Virus record (IMG/VR): IMGVR_UViG_3300042398_000686
Coordinates: 1-64,000 of that record
Length of the DNA stretch: 64,000 nt
Source: an uncultured virus (IMG/VR IMGVR_UViG_3300042398_000686)
Lineage: Duplodnaviria > Heunggongvirae > Uroviricota > Caudoviricetes
Strand: one strand, 5' to 3'
The position numbers and the translations under genes were made by a program. Positions 9,201 through 19,900 of this stretch are shown here, piece after piece (within the stretch, counting starts at the first letter, position 1; every line of letters begins with the position of its first letter). The notes under the pieces were generated by a model. That model worked only from the letters and a program-made list of their open reading frames with translations, ran no database searches and was not told the DNA's origin.

Positions 9201-12200
9201 AAAATATCTAAATATTTGTAAATTGTATTAACTCCTACATTAGGTGACACTGGTGGTGTTAAACTAGGTGTTGGTGTTGGTGATAATGATGGTGGTGGTG
9301 GTGCTGGATTTAATGCTACTGTATTACAGTTAATTGATGAATTAAAATAAAAATTTCGTTGATCTATACCACTCCAAACTTGAGTAAATATATATGGAGA
9401 ATTTAAATTAACTTCATATGTTATACTTGGTGCGCCAATAGTTTGTGCTGCTACTTTTGCATAAATTTTTCCATTACCTGATTCAAATAAAGCAACTAGG
9501 TATGTAGTACCTCCATCTCCTGAAGAGGGAAGATAATTATTTAAACTTACCTCTAATTCTAAAGCACCATCAGGATAAGAATATTGAGATAAATAATAAT
9601 TATTATAATTAAATGGATTAATTCCATTACCTCTTCTTCCAATGATTATTAATTTATTATTAGTAGTTAATAAAAGTGCATCTACATTACCTGCAGGTGC
9701 ATAAACGTTAAATAATGGTGTTTGTTGAGCAGAACCAACTATATTAGTAGTGCTGCTTATATCAAATAATGTTATAGTATTTATCCAATTACCAAAATAT
9801 ATATTTTCTGGGGTATTAGGTATAGTGTAGTTTGCACAAACTAACAATGTATTATCATCTATAGCCTGCATTTTATTCCATTGTTTTTGATCATTACCAA
9901 ATGGAAACGGGAATCCTTGTATTGTTATTGTTCTATTTAATGCTAACACATTAGGTGTAGAAGTGGTATTCCATTCCTTAATAGTACCCCATCTATTACC
10001 TCTCCAATATTTAGTAGAAGTATGAGTATCTGTAATAGCTTGAATACTAGGATTTGGTTGTTGATCTACAGGAAGAGTAACAGATGACGATGTATTATTA
10101 TTAACATTATATAAGTAAGTTAATCCTGTTGTAAAACTACTCATATAAACACATCCTAAAGCATTAGATGGTTGTGGTATTATACTTCCTGAGCATATAC
10201 TAAATACTGAACCCTGATTACCTCCAGGTGATGTTAAAGTTAATGTTGTGTAATTTAATGGAGCTGATATTGTTATTATTCCTCCACCAGCTTGTTGAAT
10301 TTCACCTAAATTAATATTCCCTGATGAAGAGCCGGTTACTGTATTTCCATTTACTGTTTGATAACATCCTTTACATAATGATATATTAGGAACTCCTACA
10401 TTTGTATTCCAAGTAAATAATTCACCTGGGTTAGGATTACTATTAGTTCCACCATATGATATTTTAATATTATTTACTGGTTGGCTAAAATTTAAAGAAT
10501 ATGTATAATCTCCAGAAAGGTTTCCTAGAAAAGCAGAATATGATGGATATGTTGTAACATTAGTTCCTTCACAAACTGGCATTCCTAAGGTACTTAATGG
10601 GAAAAAATTATCAGAAGCTACTGGTCCTGTGTATGTAGGAATTATATTAATTCCATTATAATTCATAGGAGTTGATAGTTTTAAAGGTAATGTTAAACAT
10701 TCAGAACAACTTGATGTAGGTAAATTTACATTAATACAACTTGCTAATTGCGAAGCCGCTACTAATTGTGTTTGCGGTGATTGAACTAATGTTAATGCAA
10801 ATGTTGTAGGATTAAACTTATACACATTATACCCCATTAAATATATTTCATTATTTACTTGAGCTAAACCACAATCTGTTGTTATAGTAGGTGATATTTG
10901 TTTTCTAAATTCTAATACTCCTGTATTGTAATTATATTGATTTAAAAAATGATAATTTTGGTATTTAGTAAGTACTATAAGTTTATTATCTGAAGTTAAT
11001 AGTAAATCTCCTGCTGGATCTTCTTGTGGAGGTAACTTAACTTTAAGAGTCCAAGTAGCTACATTTGATGTAATATCATATTCTACTACCATTACACCAT
11101 TAACATATTTAGCTGAAGGGCTATCTACTACATCTTGTTGCGATGCTATAGAACGTAATTGGAGACCACCTATTCTATTTACAGTCCCTATTAATTTTGT
11201 ATTACTAATAGCAAATAAACCAGTTCCTGGATAGAACTCTGTTCCCCCTGGAAAAGTAGATTCTGGTGCTTGGGGTAAAGCAATATATCTGTTAATAGTT
11301 GCGGTGAATGGGTTACTTGTTGTATTGTATTCTACTATACTATTATTATTTAAACCTCCACCGTTAACATTCCATGTGTAAGACCATAATTTATTAGAAG
11401 TACGGGCTAGTGGTGCTATAGAAATACCTAATGAAGTTGCAACACTATCAAATGGTGCAGCAGGTACATTTAATAATGTAGATGTATTAGTTGAAAAATT
11501 ATATAAATAATATTGATTTCCTTGTGTTTTATATAATATGGTATTACATGTAAGTGGATTTGGAACGTCTTTAATTAAACGTACATAATATCCACTAGTT
11601 TTACTAAAGCCTTTAAAATCAAGTAGTTGATTGAAGCTATATAGGTCGATATAGGTTGCTAAATTAGTAAACCCAGGATTTGGATTTGGATCAGGTGTAG
11701 AAGTCCAATAAGGACCAGATATACCTTTTGAATTAAATTGTCCATTTGATCTCCCCCCTCCTGGTAATCCAGTCCAACCTGTTTCATTTGTTGCACCTGC
11801 ATTAGGACTGTTCCAAAGTGTGGTTCCTGTTGATTTTAATTTACCCCCTGCTACATTTGTACCTCCTAAATAATTAGCTAATGTTCTAAATTCAGCCTCT
11901 GTTGGTACATGATACCCAACCGGAGCTAATCCACGAGGATCAGTCACCGCATACCAGTTATATAATTTATTATAGGTACAACCATTTATAGAGTTATTAT
12001 CATAGTAACACCATGCCCCTGTTGTAAGATTTTCCCATTGAGTAAGATCAGTTACTTGTGGAATTATGTCACCATTTCTATAAGTAGTAACATCTAAATT
12101 ACATGCTGTCCATGTTTGTGCTCCAATAACAACATCAGGTAAAGCACATGGTGTACAAGGTCTCGAAGTAGATGGAGTTGGAGTAATAGAAATACTAGGT

Positions 12201-13429
12201 GTTCTGCTTGGAGTAATACTTGGCGTTACACTAGGTGTTACACTAGGTGTACGTGATATACTTGGTGTTTTACTTGGTGTTCTACTTGGTGTTAAACTAG
12301 GTGTATTACTAACAGATATACTAGGTGTATTACTAGGAGTAAGACTTGGTGGAGGCGGTGGATCAGTACTACTTGGTGTAACTGATGGTGTAATCGATGG
12401 TGTAATTGATGGTGTAACACTTGGAGTAGTAGAAGGAGTAATACTTGGTGTTACACTAACTGAAATAGTTGGTGTTATACTTGGTGTTCTAGTTGGTGTT
12501 ATACTTGGTGTTACAGATGGTGCTGCTCCAAATTGAACATTCATACATAAACCAGCTATAGTTGGTATAGCTATTGGTAATGAAGTAGATGGTGTTGGAG
12601 AAGGGCTAGTTCCGTTTGATGGTGTAATACTAATACTTGGCGTTACACTAGGTGTCTTACTAACACTTGGTAGTGGTGTAAGAGACGGAGTTTTAGACAC
12701 ACTAATCGTTGGAGTAGGTGTCATAGTAGGTGGTATTGTTTTACTAGGTGATATAGTAGGTGTAATACTAATACTTGGTGTTCTACTAGGTGTAATAGAA
12801 ATACTTGGTGTTACACTTGGTGTATTACTTGGCGTTACACTAAAACTAGGAGTAATACTTAATGATGGTGTAGGTGTTGGTGTAAATGGAATACAACGTC
12901 TACCAACACAATTTCCTAAAATTTGAATAACTACATCACCATCTACTACTCCAGGATCACTACCACATAATGTTATAGAATCACTAGGTTCTAAAGCAAG
13001 AATATTTGATGATACATTATCACATCGTGTATATGAAACAAATGCTTCTTCTGATAGTGACATATTAGTAAAACTAATACAATTACATGGATACAACGGT
13101 GTTGTAGATGGTGTAGGAGATATAGATACTGTTGGAGTTACACTTGGTGTTGGTGTTGGTGCAATGCACTCCCCATCAGCGTTTACTGTACTGTTAGCTG
13201 TGATAACTTCTATGTCTTCAAACGAATAAGTAATAACAATCATTTCAGAATCATCAGCACAAAAAGCATTAGAATATGTTCCTGCTATGGAATAAGCGAT
13301 ACTTTCAGGATTTCCATTACAATCTGTAAAGCTAACAAATACCTTTCCATCTAAATTTGGGTCTGGATTGTTTATAGCATTGTCTAAATCTACTTGTCTA
13401 ATTCTAATATTATAATTTTTACAAGCCAT
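9197..13429 (-). CDS. Large modular virion adhesin: Cys modules, PST stalks, FISUMP (Fib_succ_major) domain, two repeated beta-rich domains
   Basis: IGAQTW...NLDVTTYRNGD.IP...GAWCYY.N...KLYNWYAV.D.RGLAP.GYHVP is the FISUMP signature; duplicated YLYN...NRxI...LLLT..NKLI...QY.Y..G.LE units. Confidence 0.8.
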   Translation of the reverse strand: MACKNYNIRIRQVDLDNAINNPDPNLDGKVFVSFTDCNGNPESIAYSIAGTYSNAFCADDSEMIVITYSFEDIEVITANSTVNADGECIAPTPTPSVTPTVSISPTPSTTPLYPCNCISFTNMSLSEEAFVSYTRCDNVSSNILALEPSDSITLCGSDPGVVDGDVVIQILGNCVGRRCIPFTPTPTPSLSITPSFSVTPSNTPSVTPSISITPSRTPSISITPTISPSKTIPPTMTPTPTISVSKTPSLTPLPSVSKTPSVTPSISITPSNGTSPSPTPSTSLPIAIPTIAGLCMNVQFGAAPSVTPSITPTRTPSITPTISVSVTPSITPSTTPSVTPSITPSITPSVTPSSTDPPPPPSLTPSNTPSISVSNTPSLTPSRTPSKTPSISRTPSVTPSVTPSITPSRTPSISITPTPSTSRPCTPCALPDVVIGAQTWTACNLDVTTYRNGDIIPQVTDLTQWENLTTGAWCYYDNNSINGCTYNKLYNWYAVTDPRGLAPVGYHVPTEAEFRTLANYLGGTNVAGGKLKSTGTTLWNSPNAGATNETGWTGLPGGGRSNGQFNSKGISGPYWTSTPDPNPNPGFTNLATYIDLYSFNQLLDFKGFSKTSGYYVRLIKDVPNPLTCNTILYKTQGNQYYLYNFSTNTSTLLNVPAAPFDSVATSLGISIAPLARTSNKLWSYTWNVNGGGLNNNSIVEYNTTSNPFTATINRYIALPQAPESTFPGGTEFYPGTGLFAISNTKLIGTVNRIGGLQLRSIASQQDVVDSPSAKYVNGVMVVEYDITSNVATWTLKVKLPPQEDPAGDLLLTSDNKLIVLTKYQNYHFLNQYNYNTGVLEFRKQISPTITTDCGLAQVNNEIYLMGYNVYKFNPTTFALTLVQSPQTQLVAASQLASCINVNLPTSSCSECLTLPLKLSTPMNYNGINIIPTYTGPVASDNFFPLSTLGMPVCEGTNVTTYPSYSAFLGNLSGDYTYSLNFSQPVNNIKISYGGTNSNPNPGELFTWNTNVGVPNISLCKGCYQTVNGNTVTGSSSGNINLGEIQQAGGGIITISAPLNYTTLTLTSPGGNQGSVFSICSGSIIPQPSNALGCVYMSSFTTGLTYLYNVNNNTSSSVTLPVDQQPNPSIQAITDTHTSTKYWRGNRWGTIKEWNTTSTPNVLALNRTITIQGFPFPFGNDQKQWNKMQAIDDNTLLVCANYTIPNTPENIYFGNWINTITLFDISSTTNIVGSAQQTPLFNVYAPAGNVDALLLTTNNKLIIIGRRGNGINPFNYNNYYLSQYSYPDGALELEVSLNNYLPSSGDGGTTYLVALFESGNGKIYAKVAAQTIGAPSITYEVNLNSPYIFTQVWSGIDQRNFYFNSSINCNTVALNPAPPPPSLSPTPTPSLTPPVSPNVGVNTIYKYLDIL

Positions 13430-13434
13430 TGTTG

Positions 13435-13767
13435 TTAGTAATTTCTAATTTTTAATATTGTTTTTGTTCTAACCTCAAATTTTACCAATCCTGGTATTTT
13501 AAGAGCTTCTGATTTGATGCCTTTTGCCGTTTCAACTGCATTTCCTTCAGAAATGTATTTTATTTCTAATAAAGAATAATTATACAAATCATTAGAAGCG
13601 GCATTTAATTGTTCATTATCGATTACTTTAACAACAATTACATCTCTTATACCTCTAACTTGATTATAAATTTCAGTAAAATTAAAATCATTCTTCATTT
13701 TAATAATTACTTGAACGAAGAATGTTTCAAATGTTGCTTCACTTAATAATTTTTCTAAAGATACCAT
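13435..13767 (-). CDS. Hypothetical protein with LLSE leader
   Basis: 110-aa ORF tightly packed behind gp13. Confidence 0.65.
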   Translation of the reverse strand: MVSLEKLLSEATFETFFVQVIIKMKNDFNFTEIYNQVRGIRDVIVVKVIDNEQLNAASNDLYNYSLLEIKYISEGNAVETAKGIKSEALKIPGLVKFEVRTKTILKIRNY

Positions 13768-13768
13768 G

Positions 13769-14941
13769 TTAAAATATATATAGTCCCATAGGAACGTCGT
13801 TTAAAACTTTTAATAAATTCTCAGAATTAGCTGCTAGTTTTTCTAATTGTTTTTGTCTTCCTGTTTGATCTAATGTTTCTCTTAATTGAGCTAGTAATGA
13901 TTCTTTTTGACTTCTAGCATCTGTCAATAAATCATTTTGATTTAATGTTACTTCTGAACCAGGAATAGGTACAGTTGAATATTTTCCTCGAACATATCCT
14001 AAAACTTCTCTACAAAGTGCTAAAGTATATTGATAAACCCACATTCTTCCTACAGAATTTATATAATTGTAGTTAGGATTTGTATAAGGTACATTAGATG
14101 TATTAGTAATTAAATTAGTTTGTGGAACACCTTCAGAGTTTCGTCCACCTATAGCGCTATCTCTTTCAGATCCTTTAATATATTGGAACCAAAGTGGATA
14201 TTTTTGTAATGGGACTGGGAATATTTTTAATTGGTTATTGTGGATTTCAAATGAAAATTGTGCTCTTCTAATTTGATCGTTTAATTTAATAGCTTGAATA
14301 CGTTGTAAGTCAAAAAACAACGGCATTAATAAGAATGTAATAGCAGGAGAATATGCTCCAAAACCAAAACTATTTAGCAATCCTTCGTAACTATAACCGA
14401 TACCTACGTACGGGTCAAAGTATCTTAACGCAGCTGGCGGCGCTTCAAAGAATACGCGTTTAACTTCAATGTAATCGCCAGAAGCTAGCGAAGCTGATTC
14501 GCGTGCCCACTTATTTAAGTCGTATTCTTGGACACCTCCTTCTAATAGAATAGAACCACTATACCAAGTTACATTACCCCCTACTCCTGCTTCTTCAGCA
14601 TAATTTTCTGCTATACGAATAGCACCTCCTAATGAAGGAGTTAATAATAGTTGGTTGTAAGGAACTGAACCTGTTTGGTTTCCTTCAAGAGAAAGCATGT
14701 TTTCTCTAATTTGAAATTGATAAACTTCATTTCCATACACAGTAACTGCTTCTTCAAAAGCAGTATATATTTGAATTGGTTGTAATTCAACTACTTCTAT
14801 AGGCCATCCTAAACGTTGAGTAACAAAAGTTACAATCTTATCAGCATCTATTTGAAAATCATATTGATAATCGTAGAAACCAAAGGCTGTATCTCCTGGA
14901 AAGAATTGAGATGAACCATTATATACTGGGATGTCTGCCAT
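13769..14941 (-). CDS. gp13: Neck protein (T4 gp13-like)
   Basis: RLGWP...VEL...Q and W..QYTLAL.RE.LG.VRGKY..VPIPG..VTLN motifs. Confidence 0.85.
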   Translation of the reverse strand: MADIPVYNGSSQFFPGDTAFGFYDYQYDFQIDADKIVTFVTQRLGWPIEVVELQPIQIYTAFEEAVTVYGNEVYQFQIRENMLSLEGNQTGSVPYNQLLLTPSLGGAIRIAENYAEEAGVGGNVTWYSGSILLEGGVQEYDLNKWARESASLASGDYIEVKRVFFEAPPAALRYFDPYVGIGYSYEGLLNSFGFGAYSPAITFLLMPLFFDLQRIQAIKLNDQIRRAQFSFEIHNNQLKIFPVPLQKYPLWFQYIKGSERDSAIGGRNSEGVPQTNLITNTSNVPYTNPNYNYINSVGRMWVYQYTLALCREVLGYVRGKYSTVPIPGSEVTLNQNDLLTDARSQKESLLAQLRETLDQTGRQKQLEKLAANSENLLKVLNDVPMGLYIF

Positions 14942-14996
14942 TTTTTTACATATTGTTGGGTATAAATATTACAATATGCTTATTTCTAGGCGTATA

Positions 14997-15323
14997 TTAA
15001 ATTAAAGTTGCATTTAATATATTGGCAGCTATGTTTAAAGCATTGTTTTCATCTTGTTTTACTAAATCAAGATCATTCCCTGTAAGTATATGTTTATTAC
15101 CTTTTAAAAGTGTATAAGGTAAAGTTTCATTTGTATTATTTTTAGATACATAATTTGTTGTTTGTGTTGTATCTACTAAATAACAAAACATTTCACATTG
15201 AGTTTCAGTCATAGCAGATGTGTTAAGATTTACTACAATCTGATCTGCTGTTTTATTACCTACCTGGGTAGGTTGTATTTGTTGAATTTTTTGTATCATA
15301 TTATTTAATTTTAATTGCTCCAA
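14997..15323 (-). CDS. Hypothetical fibre-associated protein
   Basis: ORF in the fibre cluster; the true start may be the internal MIQKIQ. Confidence 0.55.
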   Translation of the reverse strand: MEQLKLNNMIQKIQQIQPTQVGNKTADQIVVNLNTSAMTETQCEMFCYLVDTTQTTNYVSKNNTNETLPYTLLKGNKHILTGNDLDLVKQDENNALNIAANILNATLI

Positions 15324-15631
15324 GGAGCTGGTAATACTTCTGTTACTGGGTTTTTAATTAAATCAATTTGAGTTGCTATATTTACTTCTAAAGCATCTAC
15401 ATCCATACTGCTTTCCATCCATCCTATTACTTGTTCTTCTGATATATCTGGAAATGGTGTAAATGCTTCTGGGTTTGGTTGTCCAACAGATTGAGCACCA
15501 TATATAGTTGCTGATATGTTGTCTTCATCAGTACCTGTTAGTATCCAATGTACTGTTGTTACTACTGTTTGTAGTCCGTCTTCATCGATTACGCAATCGA
15601 AAGCGGGAAATGTCCATGTGTAATTTATCAT
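15311..15631 (-). CDS. Small acidic tail-fibre-associated protein
   Basis: YTWT...VV..VHW..TGTD...FTPF..I.EEQVIGW pattern typical of phage fibre accessory proteins. Confidence 0.65.
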   Translation of the reverse strand: MINYTWTFPAFDCVIDEDGLQTVVTTVHWILTGTDEDNISATIYGAQSVGQPNPEAFTPFPDISEEQVIGWMESSMDVDALEVNIATQIDLIKNPVTEVLPAPWSN

Positions 15632-15654
15632 AATATTTAGTTTTAATTTTATTT

Positions 15655-16341
15655 TTAATTGAATACTCCTAATACTCTAGTTATATATAATTTTGGTACT
15701 CCGTCTACATTAGCCATATTGGCAGCAATTATTCCGTTTACTGTTTGTCCATATTCATAACTTGTATAATCTAGATATGGAATAAAACTAGCGTAGTTAT
15801 ATCTATATTCTGTAGAAACTACTACAGTTGGGTCTGTTAGGTTGTTAAGATAGTCGTAGTCGTAGTAATTGTCTCTTACCACAAAATTGATATAATTTTC
15901 ATCCTGAGCAGTAGTTACTGCAGCTGCATTTAACTCTATATTCATCCAACCTACTGAAGGACTAAAGGGATCTGAAAAAACTTGTTCGTCTACATACTGC
16001 CAGTCTGAAGTAGCTAAAACTGTTGATGTATTAGGAGAAGGTGTGGACTGTATAATTGCATCTGGGAAATTTGATACAGCTTCAACATATATGTTTAGCG
16101 AGAGAGCTGTAAGTGCTCCTGGGATTGTAGATGTGTCAAATGTTAAATACCCTCTCCTACTAAACCATGTTCCTCCTCTAGCTGATGTATATCCGGTTAA
16201 TGAAAATATAGTAGAAGGACTTGTAACATTAGTACCGGCATTTGTAGTATTTAAAATAAGGTCTTCCCATATGTTAAAAGAAGCGGCGGCATTCAGAATA
16301 AGGTATCCTCCTTGACTTGTTGCTGTATTTATTGTTGGCAT
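15655..16341 (-). CDS. Beta-rich virion protein (possible carbohydrate-binding fold)
   Basis: RGYLTFDTS.IP...LSLNIY, GW.NIELN, PYLDY pattern. Confidence 0.55.
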   Translation of the reverse strand: MPTINTATSQGGYLILNAAASFNIWEDLILNTTNAGTNVTSPSTIFSLTGYTSARGGTWFSRRGYLTFDTSTIPGALTALSLNIYVEAVSNFPDAIIQSTPSPNTSTVLATSDWQYVDEQVFSDPFSPSVGWMNIELNAAAVTTAQDENYINFVVRDNYYDYDYLNNLTDPTVVVSTEYRYNYASFIPYLDYTSYEYGQTVNGIIAANMANVDGVPKLYITRVLGVFN

Positions 16342-16937
16342 TAGAACTGTATTTTTGGTAAGTAGTAAACGTCGTGTTTAAAGTAATCGTTATCTGGTAC
16401 ATTTATTCCTGATAGGTCTATAATATCGTAGGTAAGTTGTTCGTTTTCAACTTTCCTCTGACCTGTGAATGGGTAAGGTAGCGGATTCCATAAGGTAAAT
16501 CTTCCTCCTTTATTTAATATCGATATACAAAAATCTACTATTTTTTTTTCATTGTCATCTCCATAAGCATCGTAAAAGATTCCATCATAAGGACCTCTTT
16601 CTTCTATTTGACTTTTTATCTTATACCAATCTCCTTCTAAAACTGTTATTCCTTCTCCTCCCTTTGACCATCTTCTTGCTTGACTAGCTATTTCAGGATG
16701 TATTTCAACTACTGTATGAGAGGTAGGTCTGAATGATTGTATGTAATTTGCTGATATTCCCATACCATATCCTATCTCTAGAATATTTCCTCCATTCTCT
16801 GCTACGTACTGTGCCGAAGCATACATGATAGGATCTTCCCAATCCATCATTACTGCTTTCTCTCCAGTAGGTGATGTAGCGTCTGCGAAGTATATTTTAC
16901 TTTCTTGAAATACTAATTCTTTTTCTATATATGCCAT
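16341..16937 (-). CDS. Class I SAM-dependent methyltransferase, RMT2/guanidinoacetate methyltransferase-like
   Basis: VMMDWEDPIM, ILEIGYGMGIS (motif I), HTVVEIHP, YDGIFYDAY. The start is reassigned to ATG at 16937 (MAYIEK), just after the upstream stop. Confidence 0.85.
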   Translation of the reverse strand: MAYIEKELVFQESKIYFADATSPTGEKAVMMDWEDPIMYASAQYVAENGGNILEIGYGMGISANYIQSFRPTSHTVVEIHPEIASQARRWSKGGEGITVLEGDWYKIKSQIEERGPYDGIFYDAYGDDNEKKIVDFCISILNKGGRFTLWNPLPYPFTGQRKVENEQLTYDIIDLSGINVPDNDYFKHDVYYLPKIQF

Positions 16938-16938
16938 A

Positions 16939-19900
16939 TTATAATAATGTAACCCAAGTTGTATCTGGGCAGAAATAAATTTGATCATTTGCTGTACTTT
17001 GTACATATCCTATTATTCTAACGACATCTCCTGTACCTGTTGGTGCTGTTTGTGAAAATGCTCCGGCTGTTGTCGATACATATAATTTTGCTCCTACTGT
17101 AGTAGTTCCTGTAAAACTTGATACTCCTGTAAATCTAGCATGTCCTCTTAATAGTATTCCTACTGTTGAAGCTGTTCCTGCTGCTAATGCTATTCCTAAC
17201 ATTCCTGTTGATGTAGATTCAGCATCAGCATCTGCTGCTGTCCAGTTTCCTGATGAATCATAATAGTATAGTGTTCCTGCTGCTACTGTTCCTCCTCCCC
17301 AATATGCTATTTCTCCATTTACGTTAGAAGTAGATAATGAGCTATTATAAGAAAGACTACTAGTTACTTGTAAAGAACCTGTAAATGAAGTTGCAAATAC
17401 ATTTCCATTTACTTGTAAAGTTCCTAAGGTAGGTGTTGATATTCCAATACCTACATTTCCAGATGAAGTGATACGCATTTTTTCTGAATTATTAGTTCCA
17501 ATGCGAATATCTGTTTCTGTAAATTGAACAGCTGAACCATCCTGTACTCCTAAAAGTATTGGTTTAGTTGTAGCATTAACTATAACTGCACTATCTGCTA
17601 CAGTTATTCCATTAAAATTTGCTACCCCAACACGAGGGTAAATTCTTACAGCTCCAGTAGTAAGGTCAGATGTTGAAAATCTAGCCGCTTCTTGTGTACC
17701 TTGAGCACTATCAAATGTTGTAAAGATAGCGGTTGCAAGTTCCCCTGAAAAAGCAGATGCAAACACTCTAGAGTTTATATTTGTACTACCAACACCAAAT
17801 CTAGCATTTGTTAATAGATCGCTTGAAAATCTTCCAGTGCCATTAACATCTAATTTATATAATGGATTTGTTGTTCCAATACCAACGTTGCCGTTTTCTG
17901 CAATTGTTAACTTAGAATCAGCTAAAGTAGCACTATCTGCATTTCCTTGAGGCCCGTTTAATATGTGTACTTTTCCTTGAGCGTTATTTGATGTTAAATC
18001 TGTTCTTTCAAAGACTATTGCAGATTTTCTATACAAGTTATTAGCACCTTCTGCATATCCAAAATGAAGACCAGCCCATTGTCCAACTGCTACAGCATCT
18101 ATCCCCACAGAAACAAAATTATTAGCTCCTGATATTACGTCTAGTTTTCTTTGCGGTGTTGTCGTTCCAATACCTACGTTACCTGATGAATTAATCACCA
18201 TTCTATATGAAGATGCAGTATCATCATATACAATAAAATTACCTACAGAATCCGAACCTATTGTTGTATTTCTATAACTTGAAGCATTTAGAGCTATTAA
18301 TCCTGATGTTGTTCCAGCTACTGTTAATAGCCTGTTAGGACTTGTTGTTCCAATTCCTACATCACCTGCTGAAGTGATTCGCATTCTTTCACTACCTCCT
18401 GCTAATGTAGTTGCATTTGTATAAAAAATAACTCCATCATATCCTGCTAATTTTGCATTATTTGTAGACCTTGTTAGAGAAAGTATATGCGTACCTCCTG
18501 CCGTACCAATAAATCCGTTGTTGTCTCCATTTGCATAAGCTCCAATATCTCCTAAAACATCTAATTTATAAGATGGACTTGTTGTTCCAATACCTACGTT
18601 ACCGTTTCCTTTTATAGTCATTCTTGTAAACAAATTACTATAAATATCAGCACCTGTCTTAAAGTCCATCTGCCCATAGTACGGAGAGTCTTCTGTAGTT
18701 GTTGAAATTGCACCACGAATACCGTTTATAGGACCATCTCCAAACATTAAAGCGGTTGAACTACCAATTGCTAATCCATTATTATTTACAATAATATGTC
18801 CACCTAATCCGCCAGAATTTCCTCTATATACCTCTAATGGCCCTAATGAACTTGTCGTTCCAATACCTACGTCACCACTACTAGAAATAAACATTCTAGT
18901 TGTTCCATTAGTCTCTAAAGCAAGTGGTTGATTATCATTTGTTCCTAATAATGCTGTTGTTCCAAATGAATTTCCGTTTTGTATAAAGGCGTTTGTTGTA
19001 CTGTTTAAGAATGATGCTGTTTGAGCAAATGATGCTGTCCCTAATAAAGAACCTGTTATTGATGTAGCTACAATTTTTGAAACCTCTAATTCACCTGCCC
19101 CACTAAGGCGCATAGGAGTAGTAGCTTCATAGCCTCCATAAGTTTTTTTATTTCTCCATATCCATTCACTACCGGCAGTTTCTATATCATCGTTTACCTC
19201 AAATACCATACTTACCTGATTAGTAGCAGCAGATTCTGCATAGAATCGTATAGCGTCATTATCACCTGCTCCTTGATTTATCATATATGGAGGAGAGGCA
19301 GACACACCATTTCCATATGTAGTACCTGTAGGGTTTTGAGGAAGAATAATATTACCAGCAATATAAGCACTTCCGCTTACATCTAATTTTTGAGAAGGGC
19401 CTGTTGTTCCAATACCTACGTTACCGCTATTACTTAATGTAAACGGTAATGTGTTATCAGTTATATTGCTCCAATAAGTATTACTATTATCACTAACAAA
19501 ACCCCATTTCTTAGCAGATACACCTGTTCTTTGGTAAATTATAGATGTTGCATTTGTATTCTCAATATCTAATGGAGCATCAGGCGAAGTTGTTCCAATT
19601 CCTACGTTACCATCTCCTCTTACGTTAAGGTAGGTTGTTGAATTTGCTGCGTTATTTACATTAAAAGCAACATCTGAACTATTTGTTCCACCTCTTACAA
19701 TTGCTCCATAAGATTGGCCAGTTGTTGTATTTCCTGTAAAGCTTCCTGCCCAATTATTTGCTGTCCCAACTACTTCAAGCCTATTTCCACCATCTGTGGT
19801 TGTACCTATTAGTACGTTACCTGCTGAAGTAATACGCATTCTTTCTGTGTCACCAGTTCCAAAAATTAATGGTTTGGATTGAGTAACCCCTATAAAGATT

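Noticed and set aside
11570..12140. Diversity-generating retroelement targeting the FISUMP or tip domains
   Set aside because: No reverse transcriptase in the window. The duplicated segments differ at all base types or synonymously, not at adenines only. A DGR elsewhere in the genome cannot be excluded.
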